Source: Camelus dromedarius (lineage: Eukaryota). From it: a stretch of 64,000 nucleotides of DNA. The stretch is taken from the NCBI RefSeq assembly GCF_036321535.1, contig NC_087437.1, forward strand, positions 32,056,001-32,120,000, written 5' to 3'. This document shows positions 13,761 to 26,235 of this stretch, piece after piece. A program made the translations under genes and the position numbers. The notes beneath the pieces are model-generated. The model was given only the letters and a program-made list of their open reading frames with translations. It was not told where the DNA came from and did not search any database. Position 1 is the stretch's first letter; the number at the start of each line of letters is the position of its first letter.

Positions 13761-16407
13761 TGAAGAGATGCCACAAGATACTGATTCAGGCTCCCGGTGT
13801 TGCCTGCTTTTCATCTTAGTTGCTGTGGTTAGGATACTCCACTTCAGCTCTGTCTCTGGGACTTCAAACCCTGACACCCTCAGCACGTGTCTCACAAGGT
13901 GTATGATGTTAGATAACTGTGTTATTGAAGCCAGACCCCTAAAAGCCAAGCTATTGGAAACCTAAAAAATGGCACCTTGGGTCCTACTCCAGGGCCTGCG
14001 GAATCTCTTCTGGCTTCAAGCGCTAATCCTGTCCCACCCTGGGCCTGTTCTCACCACAGGCTGAGAAGACCATAGCTGGTGATCCAGACTTTTGCTGGCC
14101 CAGCTGGGAACCTCACACAAGGGTAGAGAAAGGCTCTAGGAGTTTCCTTTCCAGGGCACAAAGAAGCATTTTGGGAAGGTCATTTAACTGATGAAGGCAG
14201 TGACCCGTGAAGTGGGAAGTTCTACGCTGGCTGCAAGGGCTAACTCTGGCTGGAAGCATTGCTGCAATGGATATCTCTCCCTGGTCAGCTGCCCACCAAA
14301 CATGTCAACCTTGCCCGGCCTCCTGGGCTGGTGCTGTCAAGCCATGGGCCCTGCACTGGGTGAGCATGCGTTACAAGGTAAATGAGGGCTCCAGCTGCTC
14401 TTGGGATACTGGTCCATTCACTGGGCACACCCCACTTTCACCCTTGCTCTTTTAAGTTCTTACATCTCCAGACCCTCAACTGCCTGGGGCCGTTGGGCCC
14501 CTCTGTGGGAAAGAGACAAAGGGTGGGAATACAAAGGAGTGTACTGCTAATACAAATTACTTAAGGTTACCCCCCCACCTCTGCAAGAAGGTGGTGATGT
14601 TGGTGGTATAGACTTCAGATTGAAAAGAGAAGGGGTATTCTTCTCAGACCCTTTGATTTATTGTACCTAACCCCCATCGTTACCTTATCATAGGGGTGGT
14701 TCCAAGACCAACCTTGCCTAACATGTTTGAGTGGAGTGGTCAATCCATATCTCTCTGTATAAAGCTTGCCTACAACCAGCTGATTGAATGATTCCATGTC
14801 AAGTTATGTTTTTGTTGTTGTTGTTTGTTTGCTTGCTTTTTTTTTTTTTAACTGTAACTGAGATGGGAGAAAAAGAGTGTGATCAAAACTAGGAAAAGAT
14901 TTTTTTCTTCAAAAGTCAGTAAGGTCATCATTTCAGCAATCTGGCTCCATTTCTTTTCCTAATATCAACAAAGCAACATCATAGCTTGATGAGATTTCTA
15001 TTATGAGTAAAACACTTCATATGGGTCAGAAAAGTTTCCCAAACCATATCTTGATGGATAAAGCAAAAATGAATTTGAAACACATGGATTACATTTTCTT
15101 AAAATGTGCATGAGTTTGGGAGTTAACAATAACAATGTTTGACTAAAAGCATTTGGAATTTCTTAAGCTCCAAGAGTTTGAAAAACCAGTTTCTAAGCTG
15201 AACTTAGATGGGTACCATTACCCATCAGGGCACTGTAATTTACATTAAAGGTATTCACAGGTAACACTTTAACAAACCAAGGATGGCAACATGCTATCAT
15301 TTTATTCTTTGCTTTGGAAATTGCTTCCTGTTTTAGTGCTTTAAATTCTCAAATAAACACCTTAATTTATATACTTACTGAATCACTTTAAGAAGACAGA
15401 ATAATTCCTCTTGCTGTTGCATATAAATTAAAAAATCCACAATAATCCAGGAGATGCAAATTTAAACATGACAAAACTTCTGGAAACATTAACAAACATC
15501 TTAAGTATTCAATGTACATCTGAAACTGGAATTATGAAGAGACTATATAATATCAATATTGTAAGAATATAGAGGATGTCTGTGTTTGTCTTGATATTGT
15601 AGATTTCATTATTTATAAGAGTTCAAAGGCTTTGGTAAAAAACAATCAATCAAACAAACATAAAACCCTCGGGTATAACTGTGTTTTAAGTACTGGTGTG
15701 ACTGTAAAATAAAAATTCAGCAAAAGACATGATAGGGGATATGGGAATAGTCTTAACTATCTACATTTACTGGAAAAGTTAGTGTTTATTTAAGTATTTT
15801 CAAGGTTCTTTTTAAAAGGACTTAGAAAAAATGATGTAGATTTAGTAGAGAAAGTTGGTCCAAAGTATAGTGACCATCAGTTCCTATTAAAAGGAATGAA
15901 TGCCAATTGGATTAATCTGTAAATATCAGCGATAGGTGAATTCACATACAGATACTTGTCTCAGTCCATATGTCAATGTTTTGGGTTTAGGAAAGCATAC
16001 ATTGCCTCCAGTACATTTTTGCTTAATTTTAAATCTACGTATATTTTAAGGGAAATGTAATCAATGTGTTTCTAATTCATTTACAGAACTTGATTAAGCA
16101 TAACGGAAGACCTCTGATACCCAAGGTATTCTGAAGTTATTAAAACTATCTTCTATGAGGAACTAAATGCCATGTTCATCAAAAGTCAGAAGGTCACACC
16201 GTACAAATTCAAACATATAACAAGGAGTAGAGTTTCCTGGCTTCCAAGCCTATTCATCCTTTCTAAAACTTACAGCCTGTGAGAAGAATCAAAGGACAAC
16301 TGGAACCACAGGTTCAATGCCATAAACAGTCCAGATGACTGAGCCCCATATCCCTGAGTGTCCTTGAGGAGAAAACTCATGTTCTCAATTAAGAGGTAAG
16401 CATTAAA

Positions 16408-17018
16408 GCTCTAATTAAAAAAAAATACACTCACTCCAATGTTCATAGCAGCACTATTTACAATAGCCAAGACATGGAAACAACCAAAATGTCCATTGAC
16501 AGATGACTGGATAAAGAAGTTGTTCCATATATACAATGGAATACTACTCAGCCATAAAAAAGAATAAAATAATGCTATTTGCAGCAACATGGATGGACTT
16601 GGAAATCATCATACTAAGTGAAGTCAGCCAGAAAGAGAAAGAAAATTACCATATGACATTCCTTATATATGGAATCTAAAAAAATGACACAAATGAGCTT
16701 ATTTATAAAACAGAAACAGACTCACAGAGATAGAAAACAAATTTATGGTTACCAGGGGGGATGGGGTGGGAAGGGATAAATTGGGAGTTCAAGATTTGCA
16801 TATATTAACTACTATATTTAAATTGGTAAGTTTCTTCTGTATAGCACAGGGAACTATATTCAATATCTTGTAGTAACCTATAATGAAAAAGAATATGAAT
16901 ATGAAAAGGAATAGATGTATGTACATGTATGACTGAAACATTATGCTGTAAACCAGAAATTGACACAGCACTATAAACTGACTATACTTCAATTAAAAAG
17001 AAAAAAGAGAAAAAAAAA
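16408..17018 (+). mobile_element. 5'-truncated young L1 (end of ORF2, 3' UTR, poly(A)) with perfect 17-bp TSD
   Basis: ccaatgttcatagcagcactatttacaatagccaagacatggaaacaacc encodes the ORF2 C-terminal PMFIAALFTIAKTWKQP motif. TSD aagaggtaagcattaaa at 16391-16407 and 17019-17035. Confidence 0.95.
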
Positions 17019-17119
17019 AAGAGGTAAGCATTAAATGAAGAGTAATTAATTAAATCACTATAAGGAAGAAAGCTATTTTCTCTACTACTAGGACCCACTG
17101 GAATTTTTCATTTCTACAA

Positions 17120-17287
17120 TAGTAGTGCTTCTCAAACTTTAATGTGCATATGAATTACACAAGAGATCTTGTTAAATTGTAAATGCTGATTCAGTTGGTC
17201 GAGGATGGGCCTGAGAATCTGAATTTTAACAAGTCCCCAGGTGATGTCAATGTTGCTGGTCCACAGACCACACTTAGAGAAGAAAGG
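17120..17287. mobile_element. MER5A-like hAT MITE
   Basis: gtgcttctcaaactttaatgtgcatatgaattac...ctgattcagt...gggcctgagaatctg...ggtccacagaccacactt. Confidence 0.8.
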
Positions 17288-17295
17288 CTCTCTTG

Positions 17296-17520
17296 CAGGG
17301 TTTCTGAGCCACTACTGATATTTTGGGTTGGACTATTCATTGTTTTAGTTGGGGGCTGTCCTGTTCATTGCAGGATGCTTAGCAGCATTCCTGGCCTCTA
17401 CCCACTAGAAGACAGTGGCACTCCCATCCCCTCCCCAGGCTGTGACAATCAAAAATGCCTTCACACCTTATCAAACGTCCCCAACCTGGCAACAAAACTG
17501 CCTCCAGTTGAGAACTACTG
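17296..17520. mobile_element. MER20
   Basis: cagggtttct...gggggctgtcctgttcattgcaggatgcttagcagcattcctggcctctacccactaga...gttgagaactactg. TSD ctctcttg/ctctattg. Confidence 0.88.
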
Positions 17521-19019
17521 CTCTATTGTTATGTTTAGTGGTTAAATGTTTGTTGCATAATGTAAATACCTTTGTTGGTGAGCACAGCCTTATCAATCAA
17601 ATAAATAAACAACTTTCCATTTCTTCCCCCCTGAGTAATGATCATACTTTTATTTATGGATATTTTAGATTTTTCTTTACTTTATTTTATTTTATTTTTT
17701 AGGACACTTTAGAGTTTTAACTGATTTTATTTCCCTCCTTACTATGGCCACTAGAATGCTCAGAAGTAAATTTGTAAACCACATTTAGCAATTGTGAAAA
17801 TTTCCAGGGATATATTTCTGAAAAATAACTTAATTATTGGATTTATTTTATTTCTCTATGTTTGTTTTGTTCCCCTCACATTGAGCAAACTATCTCTTTT
17901 TATTTTATTATATATTTTTGAAGGCTCCTTTATATACAATTTGAAATAAGATTGGTTTCTTTTAAGTAAGGTAAACCAAACAATTTGGATAGAAATAAAC
18001 CAGCTAGGACAGGCACAATGCAGAAATTTGCTGATCATGATTGCTTATTTGCTGTTTGATAGATATTAATAAATCTGGGCAGATAGTCAGACAAGCCTCA
18101 AAAGTATTGAACAATCTCACCTATCTTCTTCCAACAAACTATTGTAAATTGACAGATACAGATATCTGGACAAAGGACAGAAAATTAGTATAAAAGAAAA
18201 GCATTTTTTTAACTTTACATCAGAAATATAAAATTAACAATAAAGTTGAGGCTGATTAAAAACTTGGGCAAATAACGAATGTTTTATATTTTGCCAGCTC
18301 TGACTAAAGACACAGAATTATTTAGAGCATAAAGGACTTTTAAAAAACAACCTTAAAAATGATGCAGCTGAGTGCTTTTCAAGTTTCTTTAAGCTGTGGA
18401 ATTCCTGGTTTAAACACCTTTCAGGAAGGCCAGTATGTAACTTCAGCTACATCAGAGCTGCTTTGTTTGCAGGGAAAGAAGAAAAGAGGGGGACCTGGGG
18501 CCCTCTGAAAAGGGGGCCCTGATGGTCTTTAGGGAGCACATGTTGAAAACCCATGACCTGTGATATATTCTTGGGATTAGGGTGAGGAACTGGTGACACA
18601 GGAGATGAAGCAACCTGTTTGAGGAATTGGAGCTGCCAATTCCAAGAGCAGAGTTGGGACAACAGGAAAGTCTACAGACTCTGGTTAGACAGAATTCTGG
18701 GGAGTCTGGAGTTATCACCCGGGTCCAAGTTACCAGCATCTCTCTTTATTACTGAAGGCAGTTACAAAATTGTTGTTATAAAATTGCTATAGAATTTCAA
18801 ACCTGAAGAAATGTATACTTTAAAATGTGCACATTTCTTCTCTCCTCTCCTTTTTTCCTCCACTCTCATCTCCAATCTGAATCTTCAGAGAAAACGAGTG
18901 GTGATAGTGTGATGTGCGATCTTCTAGAACTATCCTACTCCATATATATACACACACATATAATGTAAATCCTCTTCTTTGTCCTGGTTCTTCTTAGCCA
19001 GCTCTGTTTCTACTTCTAT

Positions 19020-19230
19020 CATAGCACTTCACACTTTCCAACACCCCACCTACTTTATTTATCACTTCTATTATTTATTGTATGTCTTTTCCTACTAGAA
19101 CAGTCTCTGTAAAGACAAGGATATTTGCCTGTTTTGTTCACTGATGTTTCTCAGTTCCTAGAATGATGCTGGCATGTGGTAGGCATTTAGAAATATTTGT
19201 AGAATTAGTGGATCCATGAAGGATGAATAG
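19020..19230 (+). mobile_element. L2 3' end
   Basis: ctactagaa...ttgcctgttttgttcactgatgtttctcagttcctagaatgatgctggcatgtggtaggcatt. Confidence 0.75.
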
Positions 19231-19233
19231 TCA

Positions 19234-19427
19234 GGATTAATAGGCAGAGCACAGAGAATTTTTAGTTAAGTAAAAACTATTCTGTATATAATACTACAAT
19301 GTAGATACATCCAAACAATGGACTATTATTCAGTGCTAAAAAGAAATGAGCTATCAAGCCAGGAAAAGACACAAGGGAAGCTTAAATGCATATTACTAAG
19401 TGAAAGAAGCCAATCTGAAAAGGCTAC
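19234..19427 (+). mobile_element. L1MC1-like 3' UTR fragments in rearranged order
   Basis: aataggcagagcacagagaattttt...gatacat, followed by ccaaacaatggactattattcagtgctaaaaagaaatgagctatcaagcc...gccaatctgaaaaggctac. Confidence 0.75.
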
Positions 19428-22400
19428 TTAGAAGTTAGGGAGTTTGATGTGAGAAACAGAATCATACTCAGAGTTCCTGCAATGGCGTTACATCTCCTAC
19501 ATGTGTGGCTTATTTTAATAATGACATAATATTTTAATGGCTGTTGGACAACTGATGTGAACATTTCATCCAAAAAACAATTATTTTCCATAAAATGATT
19601 TATTTTTAAAAATCCACTGAATCTTTCATTTAAGAAAAGAAAAAAATTACTTTTTATAATTTCTTACTGATCTCTAATAAGGACATGGCAAAAATGTTAA
19701 CAGAGGAAACTCAGGGACTTGGTGTCGTTGGCTCTTTTTCACTGACCCTAAGAGGGCCTGCCAACTTGTGACATGAGGCTCTGTCTGCTTTAGACAGTCT
19801 CATCTGCTCTTTGTAAACATGCACCTCTATGGAAATGGACAGTAACATGAAGAAATTTCTGCCAAACTATCAAATACCTGAACTCCTGACTGTCTACTCT
19901 ACGATTGCCTATGTTTTTGGAAAAACATTTAAAAATTCTCCATTATCTGAAGTTTGATGGTTATTGTGGAGCAAATAAGAAGTTATCTCCACCCCTCCCT
20001 TCCTCCGCCATATCAAAACTCTTTAACCAGCCATATAATCTCTTTTCAGTTTCCCAGCTACCAGCTCTTCATCACCAACAGAGCTCAGAAATACAGATTT
20101 GCTAGGTTTTAAAATGAGATTTGATGATATCCAGGGACCATTTTGTTTCCCTACAGGGCATATACTGCCAGTTGCATAATGAAAGTGAATAAAAAAAATA
20201 ACATTCACTTTCCTGAAATTTGGTTTGTGGAAAATTAGATGGGAATGTACTCTTCTGCTGGGGACCATCAGTGGCTCAGGACCATTTCATTCAGCACTGT
20301 ATGCTTTGGAATAAAGATAGTCCCCAAACAACAATAATAGATGATTGATAATAATCTCCAAGTATGAGCTTCCTTAAAAAGGATTAAAATACTCACTACA
20401 GATATAAGAGCATAATGCCATATAACCTATTTTACAAATAATACATTTAGAAGAACATATTTAAGAATACGAAATAAGCCATAGCCGACTACTTCTGGTC
20501 CTAAGCTACCTCCTCCTTTTCTTTCTCCTCTTTCTTTTAATGTGGCTACTTTAAGGGTGAGACATACTGAAATGCACATCTATGCATTTTTTGCTCAATT
20601 TAAGTACTTACTTTTGCTTATGTTTATTTATTAGCAGAGTCCCTTTTAATCTGACACATGCCCATGGTGGACACTGTATTAGAGGAACTAATCATTTCAA
20701 GGGTTCAGTTGACTCATTTCATTTGCAGGCAGATAAGGTCTCTTGAATTTCTATACAAAATGGCCTGAGTGTACATGTGCTTACCAATTTGACTTTGCAT
20801 TGTTTCCTAGCTGGATGAATATACACCTCACCCATGGATAAATATCACGTAAACCAAGATGCAGATAAGCAGCACACCCCTTTGTCCAGTAGCATTGTTA
20901 GGGCATTTTTTGTTAGTCATTTATTTGACTATTCAAAGAAAATTAAAAAAAAAATTAAGAAAGAAGAACTTTTGAAAATATAATTAATGAGAAATTAAGT
21001 TTCATTTAAGTTATCTGATGTTTTCCAGTGGAACTTTGCAACAAGTTAAATTGTGGATTTAAGTGCGTAACATCCCTACCAGTGATGTCGTACCTGCCTG
21101 GACCTTGCGGCTACATTTGGCTGGGGACGAACAAGGGCAGTGATCTGATGTTAACTCAGTAGAGGAGTTCAGAGGGGGTCTCTTCTAAAGGATTTGTAGA
21201 TCTTCCTTTAGCCATGTTTTTGAATGTTTCTCATGGGCCATTGCAGATGCCAGGAGCCAGGAGATGTGTGTCAGGAGAAAGTGGAAGTGAGAACTCAACC
21301 ACCACTATATCTGTCTTTTGATTAAAATCTACTTTTTGGAGAAATGGAAACTGGTGAGGAGGTAATCAAAGATGAATTCCAAAGCACCAAGAAAAATTCT
21401 CTAGAAATTTTTTTCCCTAAAGAGCATTCTTCAAATAGGGGCCCAATGGCCTCAATGAAATGAGGCTCCAGGGAATTTGTAACATGTTCCTATTTATTGT
21501 TTTTCCCTCTCAAATTCAATGGAAAAAATTTAGGACTCTGCCTGCAAATCTTACAACTGTCCCTGTGGATAAATGATCCTAACTATGAGATTAAACCAAT
21601 CTATTTTCTGTAATTCAACTGTGAAAATAGCACCTGCTTCTTGATATTTACAATGAGTTTTATTTTATTTCTGTATATTCTTTTATCTGTTCAAGTCAAT
21701 AAAATCAACTCATGTGGGTCTATTAGAGAATGGACTACATTACCAGCTTTAAAATTAGCTTTCTGCAAGTCAGCCCTGCTGATATGTTCTACAGATGGGC
21801 TGTATTTTCGCCCAATCAGGAAATACTTCAAAGTGAGCCAAGGCAGCATTGATGGGTTCTTGTAAGCTTTTATATCATCCTTTATAGAACTCCAGTGATG
21901 GGCCAGATTTTCAAGGATTTATTTCAATATCATGTGTGTTTTTTTAAACCTCTAAATCATTTTTGTTCATATAAATGAATACCAGTGATTCCGATTTTTC
22001 AAATTCCCCTTGGCAAATGAACTAAATTCCTTCAGCCTCGTATATAAATAAAATGAGGCAGTGATATTAGACTATCATTCTGCATACAAATACATAACTT
22101 TCAGCGGCTGGCAAACCTGCAGCCATGCCAGAGGCCTAGGAAGCCCAGGAGAGAATTACTGACTTGGGAATAACAGGCTCTTTCACACCCAAAATGAACT
22201 GCTGACCCAGCTTCAATGAGACCTGGGGTTTGACAGTTTTTCCAGACATGATGATAGATTTGTGCTGATCTGTTTATACCCCATTACCTCTCCCCACTGT
22301 GATCAATATCACACAATAATAAGACGGCTGACTGGGGATAAGAATGCTACTGGTGATGACCCTGATTCACCACATGCTGAATTCTGCTGTACAATGACTA

Positions 22401-22439
22401 GTGAGGCTCCTGTTCTTTCAACATATTTTATTACTAAAG

Positions 22440-22527
22440 TATTAGGTTGAACCATATGAAAGTGGTGTTTTTATCACTCAAAGTAAGAAAGTCAAACAGC
22501 AGTTTTTTCATATGATTCAAACAAATA
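22440..22527. mobile_element. MADE2-like mariner MITE (palindromic)
   Basis: Inverted termini tattaggttgaaccatatgaaa...tttcatatgattcaaacaaata. Confidence 0.8.
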
Positions 22528-24178
22528 CAAAAAGAACTTTCTTAAAGGATTGTTTTGTCTTGTCCTTTTAGCATGGGCTTTGTAACATCAGTCTAAAATC
22601 ATTCTTAATACTTTATTGCTGTTCTTGTTCTTATTTCCTGCTGGCTTTTTTTGTCTTTTTAACTTCAATGTTGTGGAAGTGGTTTTTATGCTTCTTCTCT
22701 TTGTTTCTTGATTACTTTGCATAATTTAGCCAGAAAGACCAAATATGCCTCTTTTATACCAACAACACGTTAAACAGAACACAAATTCTAAGCCTCAATC
22801 TTTCTTCAATACATTTTTAAGGAAAGAAACACAACGTTGTTAAGCCAAGTGATCTCATGACAACAAGCAAAATTGTGTTGGCCAGATGACTGCTGGCATT
22901 TTGCTGAGTGGTTTACACAATCTCTGAAATAATAACAACGTGTCCCCTGCAGTCAGCATGAGTCCCTTCTTGGTGGATGTACTTACAGTGAGTCATATAA
23001 GTCTTCAAACCCTCACACGTATCTCGGTGCAAAGAATTTCCCAGGAACTTCCAGGAAATTACAAAAGTATGAATTAATCCAAAATGTCAACTTAAAAGAA
23101 TATACATTCTCAGTTCAAGGTCATTCTTGGTAGGACACACCAAAAGAAAAATGTGTTTGTTTGTTTTTTTTTTAAGTAAAGATGATGGATTCATTCAATA
23201 TTTTGGAATAAAAACTGAAGTCACCTAGTTAACTCTGTAACTCCCAAAATAATTCAAGGCAATTAGAAATATGTTTTGGACAACTATATGCTTAAAGTAA
23301 CTCTGCCAGGCTTCACAGTTTCACAAGATTAAAACTCACCATATAACACATCTTTAATGCTTTAAACCAAACTTCAAAAAAAAGAAACTATTCTAGTAGA
23401 TGAAAATGTGTCTAATTTTGTATTTGCTACAGACTTCTTCTATCAAACTGGGAATTCAATTAACCTCTCCTATGTTAAATTCTCCAACATGTGCATTAAA
23501 TACCTGGATTATTAGTGAAAGGAGCAACTGTAAAGAGTTTGTGTTGAGTTTTATTGATTTTAGCAGTTCTTAAGTCCTGGTATACTTAATTATAAACTTA
23601 TTTTGAATATGAGCAATATCACTTTCATTGTTACCATTTTAAAAAAGAAGGCTAATCAATAAATTAATGTAAACACCTTTGAAAATGTCAGATTCTATAC
23701 AGACATGCTAAATAACAATTTGGTCATTACCAAATGCTTGAACCACCACCACCCCCTCTTTGGCAATGAGAATGCATTCTTGCCTCTGATTTGGAACAGG
23801 AGAAGGGAATAGAAAGTAGAGCACGGAAGAACCCTCGTAGCACCTGAACGTGAAGGGGGATGACAGTCAGTGGGTGGGCAGATACGAATTAGATTCGATA
23901 ACCTTCAGCTGTGTTTCTTTTCGGACAATGAGCCGTCTGGCTCTTTCTATGAGGCTGTAGCCTGTGAAAAGATGTCATGTCCTATGAGTAGGCAAGGACC
24001 CTCATCTAAATCTCAAGGGAAAAACAAGGCTGCTGCTTAAGAGAGATCGTAGGGAAGATCTAATGAGCCCAGCGGTGCCTTCTGCCATCCAAACCCGTAC
24101 AACCCACTACCAGAAGGGTAAGCTTGCCCTGGGTGCTCTGCTGTTTTATTACCTGTGTCTCAAGCCCATCAACTTTTC

Positions 24179-24360
24179 CAGGGCCAGGACTTAAGGGAGC
24201 ATCGGAAAATTTAGTAGTCAAGATAAATAATATTTTTAAAAATCAAAATTAATACAAAAGTCCATGATAAACAAAATATCAAATTTGTAAATGAAGACAT
24301 GATCAATATTACTACTTAAGCCTTTTGCCTCAACTCCAACATGACTTGGCAAGAAATTGC
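24179..24360. mobile_element. MER96B-like hAT element
   Basis: cagggccaggact...gtagtcaagataaataatattt...aaatcaaaattaatacaaaagtccatgataaacaaaatatcaaa...ccttttgcctca. Confidence 0.65.
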
Positions 24361-24519
24361 TACTAATTCTGATTTTACTTAAAATTTTACTGAGCTTTTT
24401 GGGCACAATTTAAAATTGTGCACCTCAGGGAAGTTCCAGCCCTGACTATCTTTTCTTAATTTGTCCTTCGTTTTCTGACCAGCTCATACTCTCACTGGCT
24501 CCCGACCTACATCACCTCC

Positions 24520-24680
24520 TGACTATGGTTTCAATCTTTTCTTTCTATAGTCTAATAACCTCCAAGAGGTCAGGGCCTGTGTTTGTTTGGTTCATAGCTG
24601 AATCCCACACAAAGCTGAACCTTTAACACAGTGTCTGGTGCACAGTAGCTGCTTCGCAAGCGTTTGTTGAACGAACAGAA
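24520..24680 (+). mobile_element. L2 3' end
   Basis: cctccaagaggtcagggcctgtgtttgtttggttcatagctgaatccc...acacagtgtctggtgcacagtag...tttgttgaacgaa. Confidence 0.7.
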
Positions 24681-25073
24681 GGAAAATCTCTTGAAGTTCA
24701 ATGATGCCTATAGCTTCCTTGCATGATTATGTGGGTAGAAAATGCCTCTGGCTGCACACCTATCCCAGAGCCTGTTTTGGGGGCCACAGATCTCTTTCCT
24801 GAATTTTCCTGAACATTAGGGATGGGAAACCAGAAATAATACAATTTGAGGTTTGGAAAAAAATCAGTGTTGGTGGACTTAAGCAGATTCAAGTAGGAAT
24901 CAAAAACATGATTGAACTTAATAGGGAAAAAAGCGATTAAAATAATGTAAGGGTGTTTTCGAATTATCTATTTTGCAAAAGATCCAGAAGCATATGGCAA
25001 TTTATACTATTTGACTTTTTTCCCCCCAGCGATGTCTAACATTTCTAAAGTTTGGGGAGTTCAGGTCACTTAC

Positions 25074-25471
25074 CTTCAATGGTGCACTGGTCCGGGACTG
25101 GAATCTTCTTTCCAATTTCCACAGCATACGCTTTCACTTTGCTGAGGTTTTCCTTTAAGTGCAAGTAGAGCTTATCATGGTATTCCACAGGACTTGCGGT
25201 TGTCCCTGGAGTTTCTTCCTGATAGTTTTCTTTAACTGTTCCTGGCAAAGTCTCAGATTCTAAATGTGTAACACTTGGGTGTGAAACTGAAGAATTTACC
25301 AGCTGTGATCCATCAGTGTCTGCCTTACAGGGTGACCTGGCATTTCCTAGGCCAAGTGGGTCTATTTCTGAAAGAGAGAGGCTGGCTGGAGTATCTCCGC
25401 TCTCGACAGCATCCCTATCCTCTGAACTCAAGGCACTCGTTAGCACAGTGTGCAAAGCCAAACTCTTTGAC
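25074..25471 (-). CDS. VEPH1: VEPH1 internal coding exon (398 nt)
   Basis: Inside ORF 25066..25524: (R)SKSLALHTVL...EYHDKLYLHLKENLSKVKAYAVEIGKKIPVPDQCTIE. Acceptor tattgtag|G, donor GAAG|gtaagt. Starts in phase 2, ends in phase 1. Confidence 0.95.
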
Positions 25472-26025
25472 CTACAATACAAACAAAGGGAAGGCTGAGG
25501 CAGGTAAAGAAGTTGAGCTACCATTTACTGACAAGAAAAAGAAAGAGTAACAACACTGGGACAAAAGTTACTTCCTCTAGGGTATCAAACTCAAAATTGG
25601 TGCTGTTAACAGCTTTGATAAAACATACAAATTATGTAACATGCCAAACCTTTGTAGATACAGGCCACCTCCCAAAACAAAGATTTAAAAATCAATTTCA
25701 CAGCCAAACTGGCTGGGAAATGGTGGACTTACATATTTATACTCTTTTTTTCTACTTTCATCAGAAATCAAGATAAGCTTTTAACAGTCATTGTCAATAT
25801 AAGCATATTATATTTAAAAAGTGTTTTTTAAAAATAAGCCATAGGTTTATGATTTTTATTTGTATTCTTTTAATATAGTGAGCTTCTATGGATAACAAAA
25901 GCACTGTGGATGAATTTTTCTATAGATAAAAGATATTTAAAAACCACTTCATGAAAGTGTGATAACAAAACTAATAGCAAACATGAAGTATCTACTTTTA
26001 AAAATCAGCCAAACAAAATTTATAC

Positions 26026-26235
26026 CTGTTAAACCTAATGTCTTTTCTTTCTTCCTTAGAAACTTGGTCCAAACTGTATCTTCTGATAGAGCCAGGGGTA
26101 TTGCTCTCAGCATTTATTTTGTCTTCAAAAGCCTGTATTTTAACTTGGAGCTTTTCATGGTCTTCATTTTCATCTACTGGGAGCTTGGTTTCTTTCAGCT
26201 TCTCAGGAAACGCAATTTCAGTGCCATTTTTTCTC
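26026..26235 (-). CDS. VEPH1: VEPH1 internal coding exon (210 nt)
   Basis: Translates (R)RKNGTEIAFPEKLKETKLPVDENEDHEKLQVKIQAFEDKINAESNTPGSIRRYSLDQVSKEERKDIRFN(R). Acceptor cttttag|G, donor CAG|gtataa. Phase 2-2, in frame with both flanking exons. Absent from the ORF track in this frame. Confidence 0.95.
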
